The translations under genes and the position numbers were made by a program. Below are positions 39,701 to 48,805 of a DNA stretch of 64,000 nt, one piece after another (the stretch's first letter is position 1; each line of letters starts with the position of its first letter). The stretch covers positions 1 to 64,000 of the forward strand of contig JBDRWW010000008.1 of assembly GCA_039802605.1 (NCBI GenBank), in the 5' to 3' direction. The stretch comes from a candidate division WOR-3 bacterium. GTDB taxonomy: Bacteria > Hydrothermota > Hydrothermia > LBFQ01. Below the pieces are notes generated by a model, which saw only the letters and a list, made by a program, of their open reading frames with translations, made no database searches and was not told the DNA's origin.

Positions 39701-40170
39701 TCCCTTTTCCTTCCCCTATACAACACCACTTTTTTATCGTATCCCAACTTGTTTAAAAATTCAACAATCCTATCGTATGCCTGTTCTGCCAATAGTTTTG
39801 TGGGGAAAATCAAAAGGGATCTCTTCGCCAATATGGATATTACTATTCCGAATGTGGTTTTTCCAACACCCGTAGGGGCAACTATTGCAAAAGAATTACC
39901 CATAAAATACCTTTTAGCCCAAGTTTTCTGTAAAGACCACGGTTCAAAACCTATGCATCTTTTAAACACATCGGAAAAATATACGAGTTTATCTTCAACT
40001 TCGCACATTTCCTTTAAGCCTTGAACTTTCCCAAAGTTTATCAAATCTTTGCATATGTTATCCGTATATTTGGGTAGGCATTTATAACACGGCAAACCCT
40101 TTACCAATCTATCATCCGTAATTGGGCCACCACAATTCGGGCAACCGTTGTTTATTATGAAGATACTCAC
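36724..40170 (-). CDS. rgy: Reverse gyrase
   Basis: N-terminal CPNCGG..C..C zinc finger, APTGVGKT, DDTD, QASGRTSR, then topo IA VESPNKA, TDPDAEGE, SAGRVQTP, ITYHRTDS, GLGRPSTY. Confidence 0.98.
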   Translation of the reverse strand: MSIFIINNGCPNCGGPITDDRLVKGLPCYKCLPKYTDNICKDLINFGKVQGLKEMCEVEDKLVYFSDVFKRCIGFEPWSLQKTWAKRYFMGNSFAIVAPTGVGKTTFGIVISILAKRSLLIFPTKLLAEQAYDRIVEFLNKLGYDKKVVLYRGRKREKEGIISGDFDILIGTNMFLHRNLENIKNHDFDFIFVDDTDSFLKGSKNIDGIFHILGFSDDEIKLALKDNKTEKDYEALEKIRNRKHKGVLIISSATLKPKTKRVMLFRQLLGFDIQRAISTVRNVVDSVKEVKGFEDALNTIPEIVEKIGKGGLLFVSARYGKDVIDVVVKFLRERGFNVLSYTEKKPKDLYDEMERGEFDLAVGLAHIGNPLVRGIDLPAIIRYAIFLDVPKFVFPVKVQPSPANTLNLLVGIYSILDDDEKIRVSPYIRYLRKYGGIKAEELDKYPKIKEKVLEIYDFITKKFEDRNFIKKLNESEDVSLEYINGEMYITVADVSTYIQASGRTSRLVAGGLTKGLSLVLYWDKKSINSLKKRLTYYFHVMDIDFQEFDKLNLKGILEEIDRDREMAKRVIKGGITGNLRDVFKTTLVIVESPNKARTIASFFGKPQMRTVKNSIFYEIPLGDRILSITASLGHILDLKTEGGFFGVLENNGDFVGIYDTIKRCKKTGEQHTEKEYLLKSCEGGEIDDKADIVESLRRVSYEVDEVFVATDPDAEGEKIAYDIYALLSPYNKNIYRAEFHEITPKAFRKSLEELREFNINRVKAQITRRIADRWVGFTLSRILWDKYNRKNLSAGRVQTPVLGWIIERAYEFKKKIDKVIVETEVGSFSFTVEDKSLVYEMKNHPERFRAFWGKEWEEEKSPPPPYTTDTILQDASLKLKLSAQKTMQVLQDLFENGVITYHRTDSTRVSDVGKYSVAKVYIEKVFGEDMFYPRSWGEGGAHECIRPTRPITPDELRLMLNIGSIQLEDPKNALRVYSLIFNRFIASQMKPAKVKMADLIITFNGFAHVEEIVKEIVEDGYNLVLKNITAIKGDITIKGVKFSKVSKALPYTQGTLIQEMKKRGLGRPSTYAQIVQTLLERGYVIERRGYLFPTKLGISVYRFLKSRFDEYVSEDFTRKLEKEMDEIEEGKKEYMDTLRELYKVFSSF

Positions 40171-40178
40171 GGCGGGAA

Positions 40179-40799
40179 TTATAAAGAGGGTAGGGAAAAG
40201 ACCTTACACTTTATAATACTTTCCCCATCTCCTTCAAAAAACCCTTTACCCAACCTAAATTCTCCCGGAAATGAAATACCGAAAATTTCCCCATTTTCCG
40301 AAAAGAAAACCGCAGAATTTAATGGCAAAAATACCGTTGCAACCTTTAACCCCTTATCCAATAAACCGGTTTCAAGGAGATTTAGTATAACTTCCACTTT
40401 CCCCTCACCGCTAAAAACTTCATATCCTTTGGTCAAAACCCTTTCAAATATTTCCCTAAATCCACCCGGAAGTAAATCCATTAACCCCTTTTCATCCTTT
40501 GGTAAATTTTTCCTTATATTCTCTATCATCTCCTCCACTTCCTTTTGATCAATTCCAATAATTGGATACCTTAAATCTTCATCGGATACTGAAAGCTCCT
40601 TAATATAGGCATAAGGCCATTTTGCTATTTCTAAGAGGTTTTTCTTCCCCGCCCCCTGCATTCCCTCAATCCACCATATTTTACCCTTGCCCCCCAAAAA
40701 CTCGTAAAAATCCCCATTGGGTCCCCTTAAAAGAAACTTTTTAACCATATCTCCTTGGGATACATCTTTAAGGAAAACTATTGGAGAGTATATCCTCAT
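40179..40799 (-). CDS. Hypothetical protein (possible distant paralog of 25979..26842)
   Basis: 206-aa ORF coupled to tatA by ATGA overlap. Confidence 0.55.
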   Translation of the reverse strand: MRIYSPIVFLKDVSQGDMVKKFLLRGPNGDFYEFLGGKGKIWWIEGMQGAGKKNLLEIAKWPYAYIKELSVSDEDLRYPIIGIDQKEVEEMIENIRKNLPKDEKGLMDLLPGGFREIFERVLTKGYEVFSGEGKVEVILNLLETGLLDKGLKVATVFLPLNSAVFFSENGEIFGISFPGEFRLGKGFFEGDGESIIKCKVFSLPSL

Positions 40800-40951
40800 T
40801 TGTTTCCATCTTCGCCTTCTTCCATAGCCTTTTTAAACTCTCCGATGGCCCTTCCCAAACCCTTTGCCAATTCGGGTAGTTTTGAAGGCCCAAAAATTAT
40901 TAAAACTATTAGAAAAATTATTAAAACCTCTTGAAACCCCAAGTTAAACAT
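40796..40951 (-). CDS. tatA: Sec-independent translocase TatA/E family protein (second copy, absent from the ORF track)
   Basis: Manual translation MFNLGFQEVLIIFLIVLIIFGPSKLPELAKGLGRAIGEFKKAMEEGEDGNK*. Confidence 0.92.
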   Translation of the reverse strand: MFNLGFQEVLIIFLIVLIIFGPSKLPELAKGLGRAIGEFKKAMEEGEDGNK

Positions 40952-40952
40952 T

Positions 40953-41150
40953 CTATCCCTCCTTGTTTTCCCTTCCCTTTTCCTTTAATTCTTTTTTCTC
41001 CTCTTCGTCGTATTTACCCTCTGCGGCCTTCTTAAACTCCCTCATGGCCTTACCCATCCCCCGGGCGAGTTCCGGCAACTTTGTTGAACCAAACAAAAGC
41101 AGGATAATCAGGAATATTACTATTAGTTCTTGAGGTCCAAGCCCAAACAT
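40953..41150 (-). CDS. tatA: Sec-independent translocase TatA/E family protein
   Basis: MFGLGPQEL...FGSTKLPELARGMGKAMREFKK. Confidence 0.95.
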   Translation of the reverse strand: MFGLGPQELIVIFLIILLLFGSTKLPELARGMGKAMREFKKAAEGKYDEEEKKELKEKGRENKEG

Positions 41151-41162
41151 ATTATTCGTATT

Positions 41163-42059
41163 CTAAGGCTGAAAATAGTGCTTATAGCCCGAAAGTAGTG
41201 GCAATAATTTTTTGGGAAAGATCTTATAATTAAAACCGGCTAAAAGCCCCAAAACCCTAAAAGCGTTTTCCGCAATGGCATATGGTATCCAAAAGGGGGC
41301 ATTCTCGCTTAAATATTCCATCTGCGAAATAATAAACCTTAAAGTATCCCCCCTTCCCCCGTATCCCCTTAACCATTTGTTCTCCGCATAAAATACCCCA
41401 ATGGAAAAATATCTCTGAAAGAGCTTAAAAAGGGAATATTCGTGGGCGTGTATAACCCTGGCTTCGGCGTTATACATTATTTTGTATCCCCTTAAAACCA
41501 GCTTTGCTGCAACTATTAAATCCTCGGATAGTATAACCCTTGGAAACCCTCCAACTTCTAAGAGTTTTTCCTTTAAGTATGCGCAGCAAACATTTGAATT
41601 TGAGAAGGTTCTAAGTCCCCATTTTTTAACATCTTCCTTACCCCTTACCTCCGATTGCGGTGGATATGAAAACGATCTGAAAAAAACCTCCGTGGGTCTT
41701 GTCCCTTCTGGTGGTATATGCCGTGCGTATGACAATACAACTTTCCCTTCAACTATTGGTTTTATTAAAACTTCAAGGGTTTTTTCGTTTTCCGGTAGCG
41801 CATCCTGCGAGAAGAAAACCACAATATCCCCTTTTGATAAACCAACACCCAAATTTCTGGTTAATCCGTGATTAAAATCCCTTTCATCAATTGATACAAA
41901 TACATCGGCGAGGTTTTTTGCTATTTCCGGGGTTTTATCCGCCGATGAGGAATCTATAACTATAATCTCGGGTTTAACGGTTTGTCCCCTTAACGATAAT
42001 AGCAGTTTTTCTATGTATTCTTCGGCATTACGGGTGGGTATAATTACGGAAATCCTCAT
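41163..42059 (-). CDS. Glycosyltransferase family 2 (rhamnosyltransferase-like)
   Basis: SVIIPTRN, IDSSS.D.T, FNHGLTRN, SQDA, SED. Confidence 0.88.
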   Translation of the reverse strand: MRISVIIPTRNAEEYIEKLLLSLRGQTVKPEIIVIDSSSADKTPEIAKNLADVFVSIDERDFNHGLTRNLGVGLSKGDIVVFFSQDALPENEKTLEVLIKPIVEGKVVLSYARHIPPEGTRPTEVFFRSFSYPPQSEVRGKEDVKKWGLRTFSNSNVCCAYLKEKLLEVGGFPRVILSEDLIVAAKLVLRGYKIMYNAEARVIHAHEYSLFKLFQRYFSIGVFYAENKWLRGYGGRGDTLRFIISQMEYLSENAPFWIPYAIAENAFRVLGLLAGFNYKIFPKKLLPLLSGYKHYFQP

Positions 42060-42421
42060 TTAATCTTATTGGGCCTTAAGATTTTAAAACTTTTATCCAC
42101 ATACACATGGGTAGTATAACCCTCCGCAAGTTTATCTTCCCCCCTCCAAACCTCATAATAAAACCTGAATTTAATACCCTCTTGTTTGAAATCCACCCTA
42201 ACCTCTATCTCGTCCCCAAAGTATGCGGGTTTTAGATATTTAACATACACCTCTATAACGGGTACAAGTATACCATCCTTTTCCATCTTGTGATAAGGTT
42301 TCCCCATATATTCCATAAACGCAACCCTCGCCTCTTCAAAGTATATGACATAGTTTGAATGGTGGACTATCCCCATCTGATCGGTTTCGGCGTATCTAAC
42401 CCTTATTTTGTGTTTGAACAT
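42056..42421 (-). CDS. Acyl-CoA thioesterase, YbgC/FadM family
   Basis: RVRYAETDQMGIVHHSNY..YFE.AR. Confidence 0.93.
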   Translation of the reverse strand: MFKHKIRVRYAETDQMGIVHHSNYVIYFEEARVAFMEYMGKPYHKMEKDGILVPVIEVYVKYLKPAYFGDEIEVRVDFKQEGIKFRFYYEVWRGEDKLAEGYTTHVYVDKSFKILRPNKIK

Positions 42422-42764
42422 CTATCAATTGGGATATATTCCCCTCAAGTTTGGCGCCCTCTTCAACCACGAGTATTTTACACCTCAAATCCCCTTTAAA
42501 TATAGCGGTGTTTTGAAATTCTAACCTTTCACCTATAATAATATTCGTTATAATCTCCCCCATACATAATAAACTACCGACCTTTATCTCTTGCGAACGA
42601 ATCTTTCCATTTTTTCCCAATATCAATTCACCCTTTACATCCAAGTTCCCCTCTATCACACCTTCAACCACACCGCTACCCTCAACACTAATATCCCCCT
42701 TTATCACGGTTCCTTTTCCCACATAAAGTTCCGTACTACTGAAATCCCTTTTCTTTCTAAACAT
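42396..42764 (-). CDS. Bactofilin (polymer-forming cytoskeletal protein)
   Basis: GTVIKGDI, VEGVIEGNL, VEEGAKLEG beta-helix repeats. Confidence 0.88.
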   Translation of the reverse strand: MFRKKRDFSSTELYVGKGTVIKGDISVEGSGVVEGVIEGNLDVKGELILGKNGKIRSQEIKVGSLLCMGEIITNIIIGERLEFQNTAIFKGDLRCKILVVEEGAKLEGNISQLIDVQTQNKG

Positions 42765-43228
42765 TAGAACAAACCCCTCCCACCAAATAATAGAATTATC
42801 CCTTTACTTATTTGCGCCAGTTTATAAACGATTAAAGAGTTTTCAACCGGAAACCTAAACTGGGGTATGGACATCAGCGCCAATCCTATGATTCCAACAA
42901 ATAGGCTTGATTCAATTAATGCAAATATCAATCCTCCAACGGGGTCAAGGGTTCCAAACGAAAAGTTCAACTTCAAAATCTGGGCCAAAAATTGTATTCC
43001 CTGATGAATTATTATAAAAATTATCACAAAGGCAACCATAGACCTGATCTTGGGATCCGAAAAGAACTCCAAACTATTGGAAAAGGATGGGGTTAATATG
43101 GAGGCGCCTATTACGGCAACTATAAGGGCCACCAGTGCCCAAAACTGACTACCAGCCTTTGACCTAAACCCTTGAAAGGCGGAAAACCCTATAAAGGCCA
43201 ATGCTACGATATCTAAGATCCCCGTCAT
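42764..43228 (-). CDS. CvpA family membrane protein
   Basis: LDIV...SAFQGF, LDPVGGLIF, four TM helices. Confidence 0.75.
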   Translation of the reverse strand: MTGILDIVALAFIGFSAFQGFRSKAGSQFWALVALIVAVIGASILTPSFSNSLEFFSDPKIRSMVAFVIIFIIIHQGIQFLAQILKLNFSFGTLDPVGGLIFALIESSLFVGIIGLALMSIPQFRFPVENSLIVYKLAQISKGIILLFGGRGLF

Positions 43229-43255
43229 TGAGTGGGAATTATACCTCCGGAAAAT

Positions 43256-44518
43256 TTATTCATTACCCCTTACAAAAAATCCCCTTAAAATCCAAAACAT
43301 TACAACAAGCAACGATGAAGCTATGAGGTTGATATTTAAGGCGTTTTCAAACCCCACGAACTTCGCCAAAATGTCGTTCCACAATCCCATAAGTATAACT
43401 GTGGATGTAAATGTTAGGGCATTAACTATATCCTTTAAAATAACAACCCTACCTATGTAATCCGATGTGGAATATTTTTGGAAGACGGTTTCCGCCGCTA
43501 TAAACCCGAGAGATGTAAATATACCCCCTATTGCGAATAACGGGGATAGTATAAGCAGGTTTGATGTTAGGGCAATTCCCAATAGGGTTAAACCCAAAAC
43601 AAAAACCGAATTCCACAACAACTTATACTCCCTCCCCTTCAATATCCTCCCCGCCAAATACGAACCCAAAAACAAACCCAAACCGTAAATCCCCCCCATC
43701 AAACCCAACTGGGCGGTACCGGTATGCCATATCTTTTGCAGCTTAACTATACCAAGGATATATGTTATGGCCCCTACATACGATATTAGTGCGGTTGCTA
43801 TTAACGAGTAGAGTAGGATTTTTCTCTTTTTAACAAACTTTAACCCTTCGGATATGGAATGTATATAGCTTATCTTAGCCTTTATTTCCGATTGTGGTTT
43901 GATATATTCGCCATCGCCCTGTATAAATACCAAAAGGATTGCGGATATTAAAAAGCTTAATCCGTCCACGAATAAACCCACCTCCCACCCCTCAAAACCA
44001 TAGGATTTCCATAAATACCTATCGGATATGATTCCCCCGAATAGAATACCCAAACCCGTGGCTATTCTACCCCAAAAGCTTAACATACTGTTTAAAACCG
44101 CGAGATTGCTTTTATCACCCGCTATATGAACCACTATTCCGTTTTTTGCGGAATTGAACAAAGCCGTAAAGGTAAAGGTACAAAAAACGATTAAATAAGC
44201 CACCCTAAAATCCTTAAACGATTTAAAGAGAAATATTAGCGAGATTACGAGTAAGGCCCTTGCCAAATCGGAAACTATCATTACGATCTTTCTGTTGAAC
44301 CTATCCGTTATTGCCCCGGCAATTGGGCCAAAAAGTACAACGGGTATAACCGTCCAAAAGGCTAAAAAGGAATACTCCGAAGAACCCATTGCATGCGTTC
44401 CCAACAAACTCAAAATGGCCATGTTGTTTATACGATCCCCAAACTGTGAAACGGCTTGTGAAAATGTAAATAAAAAAATATTACGATTTTTTAGAAGTTT
44501 TACCTCCTGTATGGGCAC
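43256..44518 (-). CDS. MFS transporter
   Basis: SQFGD, G.ITDRFNRK.VMI.SDL.R motif A, about 12 TM segments. Confidence 0.9.
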   Translation of the reverse strand: MPIQEVKLLKNRNIFLFTFSQAVSQFGDRINNMAILSLLGTHAMGSSEYSFLAFWTVIPVVLFGPIAGAITDRFNRKIVMIVSDLARALLVISLIFLFKSFKDFRVAYLIVFCTFTFTALFNSAKNGIVVHIAGDKSNLAVLNSMLSFWGRIATGLGILFGGIISDRYLWKSYGFEGWEVGLFVDGLSFLISAILLVFIQGDGEYIKPQSEIKAKISYIHSISEGLKFVKKRKILLYSLIATALISYVGAITYILGIVKLQKIWHTGTAQLGLMGGIYGLGLFLGSYLAGRILKGREYKLLWNSVFVLGLTLLGIALTSNLLILSPLFAIGGIFTSLGFIAAETVFQKYSTSDYIGRVVILKDIVNALTFTSTVILMGLWNDILAKFVGFENALNINLIASSLLVVMFWILRGFFVRGNE

Positions 44519-44519
44519 G

Positions 44520-45368
44520 CTAAACTTTTAAATGCCTAATATTTAAGGTTAAAACCGGTATATGCGACCTTGAAATCACCCCTTCCGCGACGCTGCCAAA
44601 AATAACCCTTTGGATTCCCGTCCTTCCATGGCTACCTATAACCAAAAGGTCGTAATGATTCCTCTCGGCGTAATCCACGATCGCACCCGCATAATCCAAG
44701 GTTGGGGAGAATGAAACCTCAATAACCTTTTCCGCACCTTCAAAATCGGGCATTTCTTTCATTATCTGGTTTATATAAGCCTCCTTTTCCTTAGGGTCTA
44801 TTACAAAATCCACAACTATGGCGTGGTATAGGGTTATTTTCCCCCAGTTGGCAATTTTTGGTAGAAAGTTTATAATGGTTTGTGTGGCGGATGAAAGATC
44901 AACGGCCACAAGTATTTTTTCCAATTTTATATGTGGAAACCTAAGGGTTATAACCGGAATGGGACTTTCGTGTAAAAGGGCTTTTGCAAATGAACCTATG
45001 AGAAACCCCTTTACGCCGGATAATCCTTTGGTACCCACACATATGAAATCCGCCTTAAACAATTCGGCTTCTTTTATCGTTTCGTTTATCGGATCCCCTA
45101 TTGCAAGTTTTGAGGAAACCTTTAAGCCCTTTGCCTTTAACTTTTGTTCCCATTCTACGAGGCTTTGTTCCGCATTTTCCTTAGCCTTCTCCCAGGCGTT
45201 TATCATGCCGGCAAATTGGGAGACAAACGGACCGTACATACCACCTATGTCCGGGAATACATGCAGGAGTAAAATTTCCGTATCCTCTCTTTTTGAAACC
45301 GCATTTATGAAACTTTCAACATACCTGCTATTCTCCGAAAAATCCGTTGCATAAACCAATCTTTTCAT
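44520..45368 (-). CDS. Tandem-domain universal stress protein
   Basis: ATDFSENS, GTKG...GS, AVDLS, GSHGRTG...FGSVAE. Confidence 0.92.
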   Translation of the reverse strand: MKRLVYATDFSENSRYVESFINAVSKREDTEILLLHVFPDIGGMYGPFVSQFAGMINAWEKAKENAEQSLVEWEQKLKAKGLKVSSKLAIGDPINETIKEAELFKADFICVGTKGLSGVKGFLIGSFAKALLHESPIPVITLRFPHIKLEKILVAVDLSSATQTIINFLPKIANWGKITLYHAIVVDFVIDPKEKEAYINQIMKEMPDFEGAEKVIEVSFSPTLDYAGAIVDYAERNHYDLLVIGSHGRTGIQRVIFGSVAEGVISRSHIPVLTLNIRHLKV

Positions 45369-45952
45369 TTTCCCCCCTTTAAATTTAAAAGCTTTTCTTT
45401 AACCTCATCCAACTCGTTTATCAACCTCTCTATTTCGCCATAAGCCTGTTGTATTATCCTATCGGCCGTAGCCTTTGCTATTTTTAAAACTTCCGAAGGG
45501 GTTTCGGAGGCTTTCTTGCCCTTCAGCTCTTCGTTCTCCTTTAAAAGTTCTTCAAACTTTTGATTTAACAGTGTGTATTCGTTTTTAAGTTTGTTGTACT
45601 CCTGCGTGATTTTCTCCAAAGCCTCTTTATACCTTTGCAATTCTTCGGATGAAGCGCTTCTCTTTTCCAACTCCTCCAATTTCTTCCTCAACAACTCGTT
45701 TTCCTGTTTTAAGAGCTCTATTTCATCCTCCTTTTTCTCAACCTCAGCTTTGATTTCTTCTATATCCAATAGGTCCAATTTCAGCTGGGCGAGTTCGGCC
45801 TCCAATTCGTTTTTCTCCTTTATGAGGCTTTCCATCTCCTTTGCAATCTGGTCCAAGAACTCCAAAACCTGGTTCTTATTAAAACCCCCAAATAGCGCCC
45901 CCTTAAAATGGGCGTTCCTAATATCGTTTGGTTTAATCCTTGCCATAATCAT
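45365..45952 (-). CDS. DivIVA-domain coiled-coil protein
   Basis: P.DI....F...FGGFN..QV.EFLDQI N-terminus followed by a long coiled coil and AKATADRII. Confidence 0.8.
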   Translation of the reverse strand: MIMARIKPNDIRNAHFKGALFGGFNKNQVLEFLDQIAKEMESLIKEKNELEAELAQLKLDLLDIEEIKAEVEKKEDEIELLKQENELLRKKLEELEKRSASSEELQRYKEALEKITQEYNKLKNEYTLLNQKFEELLKENEELKGKKASETPSEVLKIAKATADRIIQQAYGEIERLINELDEVKEKLLNLKGGK

Positions 45953-47175
45953 CCTCCTTTTCTTTCTATAACCATTTCCCTTTCTTTTCCAACGGAAACA
46001 AAGGTTATGGGCACTCCGGTAATCTTTTCCACCTCTTCAAGCATATCCGTCCAAGAAGGATAATCCTTATAAATGGGCTTAACCCTATACCAATCTTCGG
46101 AAAAAGGTGGTGGGTAGTTGAGTAAAGTTCCGGATAAATCGTAAGATATTGCCGCCCTAAATATCCCCACCTTTTCAAGTACATCTATCTTGGTGACGAA
46201 TAAATCCGTACAACCGTTGATTATACAAGCATACCTTATCATAGGTATATCCAACCAACCACACCTCCTAGCCCTACCCGTTGTTGTGCCGTATTCCCCT
46301 CCTATTTCTTTTAACATTTCACCCGTTTCGGACAACTCTTCCGTTGGGAATGGCCCCTCACCAACCCTTGTTGTATAGGCCTTAAAAACCCCTATTATCC
46401 TTTTTATTTTCCAAGGGGCTATTCCGGCTCCAACCGTTGCCCCTCCGCTTATGGTATGCGAGGATGTAACAAATGGATATGTCCCAAAGTTTATGTCCAA
46501 ATATGTCCCCTGTGCCCCCTCTAAGAGTATTCTCGCCCCCGTTTTTTCAAGTTCTTCAAGTAAAAGAACAACATCGCGGACAAAATCCTTTACATAATCC
46601 GCAAAATCCGATAAAAATCCGTATAAATAATCGTAATCAAAAAACTTCTCACCGTAAGACTCAACAACCCTTTTGTTAAATTCATAAGCCCTTAGCATAT
46701 ATTCTTTGAGGTAAGAGGGTCTTAAAGTATCGCCTACCTTTATGCCAAACCTCGCATATCTATCCCTATTTGTTGGACCTATACCGCGTTTGGTGGTACC
46801 TATGGGTTTTTCCGAATGTTTTTCAAAAAGCCCATCTTCTAATTTGTGATAGGGCATAACTATATGTGCCCTGGGGTCTATAAACAACCTACCCCTTAAA
46901 TCCCCCACATGTTTTTTAAGGTTTTCAACTTCGGATTTAAACACCTCGGGGTCTATGACAACGCCGGGGCCTATAATACCTATCACATCTTCCCTCAGCA
47001 ACCCCGAAGGTAGTATGTGAAAGGAAAATTTATTACCATTTACATATACGGTATGGCCTGCGTTCGCACCCCCTTGAAACCTTACAACCGCATCGTAATC
47101 CTTGGCAAGGAAATCTATAACCTTTCCCTTCCCCTCATCTCCCCATTGCAATCCCACTATTGCCGTATATGACAT
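45949..47175 (-). CDS. purA: Adenylosuccinate synthetase
   Basis: QWGDEGKGK, GGANAGHT, GTTKRGIGP, EGAQG, GTYPFVTSS, GTTTGR.RRCGW. Confidence 0.98.
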   Translation of the reverse strand: MSYTAIVGLQWGDEGKGKVIDFLAKDYDAVVRFQGGANAGHTVYVNGNKFSFHILPSGLLREDVIGIIGPGVVIDPEVFKSEVENLKKHVGDLRGRLFIDPRAHIVMPYHKLEDGLFEKHSEKPIGTTKRGIGPTNRDRYARFGIKVGDTLRPSYLKEYMLRAYEFNKRVVESYGEKFFDYDYLYGFLSDFADYVKDFVRDVVLLLEELEKTGARILLEGAQGTYLDINFGTYPFVTSSHTISGGATVGAGIAPWKIKRIIGVFKAYTTRVGEGPFPTEELSETGEMLKEIGGEYGTTTGRARRCGWLDIPMIRYACIINGCTDLFVTKIDVLEKVGIFRAAISYDLSGTLLNYPPPFSEDWYRVKPIYKDYPSWTDMLEEVEKITGVPITFVSVGKEREMVIERKGG

Positions 47176-47196
47176 AAAGGGTATTTTAAGGGTGAA

Positions 47197-47508
47197 TTAG
47201 TCTATGGGTTCTCCGCATTTCTTGCACACCCTTTTCTTCTCACCATTTACAAATGTGAAACCCACCCTTGTGGGCCGCCCACACTTTGGACATATCAGTT
47301 TTAGGTTTGAGATGTGTATGGGTGCTTCTTTTTCCACTATTCTACCGGGCCCCTCTGGACCCCTTTTTTCATGCTTCTTAACCAAGTTTGCACCTTCAAC
47401 AATAGCCCTTTCCTTTTTTGGGAAAACCTTTAAAACCTTACCGGTTATACCTTTACTCTTCCCGCTTATTACCAAAACCGTGTCCCCCCTCTTAATTTTT
47501 CTTGCCAT
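47197..47508 (-). CDS. rplX: 50S ribosomal protein L24
   Basis: [19 protein letters not shown]. Confidence 0.97.
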   Translation of the reverse strand: MARKIKRGDTVLVISGKSKGITGKVLKVFPKKERAIVEGANLVKKHEKRGPEGPGRIVEKEAPIHISNLKLICPKCGRPTRVGFTFVNGEKKRVCKKCGEPID

Positions 47509-47894
47509 TACAACACCTCCGGGGCAAGGGATACTATCTTGGTAAACCCTTTATCGCGGAGTTCTCTCGCAACGGGTCCAAATACCCTTGTACCCTTGGG
47601 TTCCCCCGCTTGGTTGATGAGAACAACGGCGTTGTCCCCAAACCTGATATAAGAACCATCCCTTCTTCTAATTTCCTTTTTAGTCCTAACTATCACGGCT
47701 CTATGTACTTCTCCTTTCTTCACAGGGGAGTTGGGGGCGGCCTTTTTTATGCTAACAACCACCACATCTCCAACCGTAGCCGCAACCCTTCCCCCCTTCC
47801 TACCGCTACCCTTTAAAACCTTTATTATTAAAGCCTCCTTTGCCCCCGTATTATCCGCAACATTAACATATGAGAGTTCAGGAAGGTTCTTCAT
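47508..47894 (-). CDS. rplN: 50S ribosomal protein L14
   Basis: [33 protein letters not shown] 47894 with GGAGGT SD. Confidence 0.97.
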   Translation of the reverse strand: MKNLPELSYVNVADNTGAKEALIIKVLKGSGRKGGRVAATVGDVVVVSIKKAAPNSPVKKGEVHRAVIVRTKKEIRRRDGSYIRFGDNAVVLINQAGEPKGTRVFGPVARELRDKGFTKIVSLAPEVL

Positions 47895-48189
47895 TTTGCA
47901 TAACCTCCTTTGCAATTTCCTCCAAAACGGGCGCCTTCCTTATAATCCTTACAAGCCTCCACCTCTTCAACTTTGAAAGGGGTCTAGTTTCCATAACCTC
48001 TACAAAATCCCCCACTTTACTCTCGTTATTCTCATCGTGGACATAAATTTTCTTGCGCTTTTTAATGTATTTGTGATATTTGGGATGCTCCACGATTCTA
48101 TAAACTACAACCACGCGGGTTTTGTTCATTTTATCGCTAACAACCACACCCCTTAAAACCTTCCTTTTACCCCTTTTAACCTCGCTCAT
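47878..48189 (-). CDS. rpsQ: 30S ribosomal protein S17
   Basis: [25 protein letters not shown]. Confidence 0.97.
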   Translation of the reverse strand: MSEVKRGKRKVLRGVVVSDKMNKTRVVVVYRIVEHPKYHKYIKKRKKIYVHDENNESKVGDFVEVMETRPLSKLKRWRLVRIIRKAPVLEEIAKEVMQNEEPS

Positions 48190-48389
48190 AGTTTAACCCC
48201 CTTTTCCCTTAAAACCGTCAATACCCTGGCTATTTCCCTTCTGTAATGCCTTATAAGGTTTTTATCTTCAAGTTGCCCCAGTTTTCTCTTAAACCGGGCA
48301 TCCCTGAGTTGGGCCTTCAAAACCTTTAACCTTGCGGTTAGCTCTTCAACCTCCAATTGCCTCAACTCTCGTGCCTTTGTTGGTTTCAT
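48186..48389 (-). CDS. rpmC: 50S ribosomal protein L29
   Basis: ARELR, GQL, RREIARVLT; operon position. Confidence 0.93.
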   Translation of the reverse strand: MKPTKARELRQLEVEELTARLKVLKAQLRDARFKRKLGQLEDKNLIRHYRREIARVLTVLREKGVKL

Positions 48390-48805
48390 CGGAACACCTC
48401 CCCTGCCTTTACGATTTTCGTTTTAACGGGGAGTTTGGACGCGGCTACGCGTAGAACTTCCATGGCTTCCTCCTCTCCCACGCCGGTTATTTCAACTATG
48501 ACGGTACCCGGTTTTACGAAGGCAAACCACCCCTCAACATCGCCTTTGCCGCCACCCATCCTAACCTCTGCGGGTTTTTTGGTATAAGGTCTGTGGGGGA
48601 ATATCCTTATCCAGAATTTCGCCTTTTTGCCTATCCCCCTAACTATCGCCACCCTCATTGCTTCAATCTGATTTGAAAATATCCTGCCGTATTCTAGGCT
48701 CTTTAAACCGTAATCGCCAAACTCTACCTTGTTCCCACTTGTGGCTATACCTCTTAACTTTGGCCTATGCTGTTTCCTCCACTTAACCTTTCTGGGTTGC
48801 ATCAT
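48386..48805 (-). CDS. rplP: 50S ribosomal protein L16
   Basis: WIRIFPHRP.TKKPAEVRMG.GKG, KLP. Confidence 0.97.
   Translation of the reverse strand: MMQPRKVKWRKQHRPKLRGIATSGNKVEFGDYGLKSLEYGRIFSNQIEAMRVAIVRGIGKKAKFWIRIFPHRPYTKKPAEVRMGGGKGDVEGWFAFVKPGTVIVEITGVGEEEAMEVLRVAASKLPVKTKIVKAGEVFR

Noticed and set aside
40640..40670. P-loop-like GMQGAGKK in the hypothetical protein
   Set aside because: Lacks the S/T after GK and there is no Walker B context
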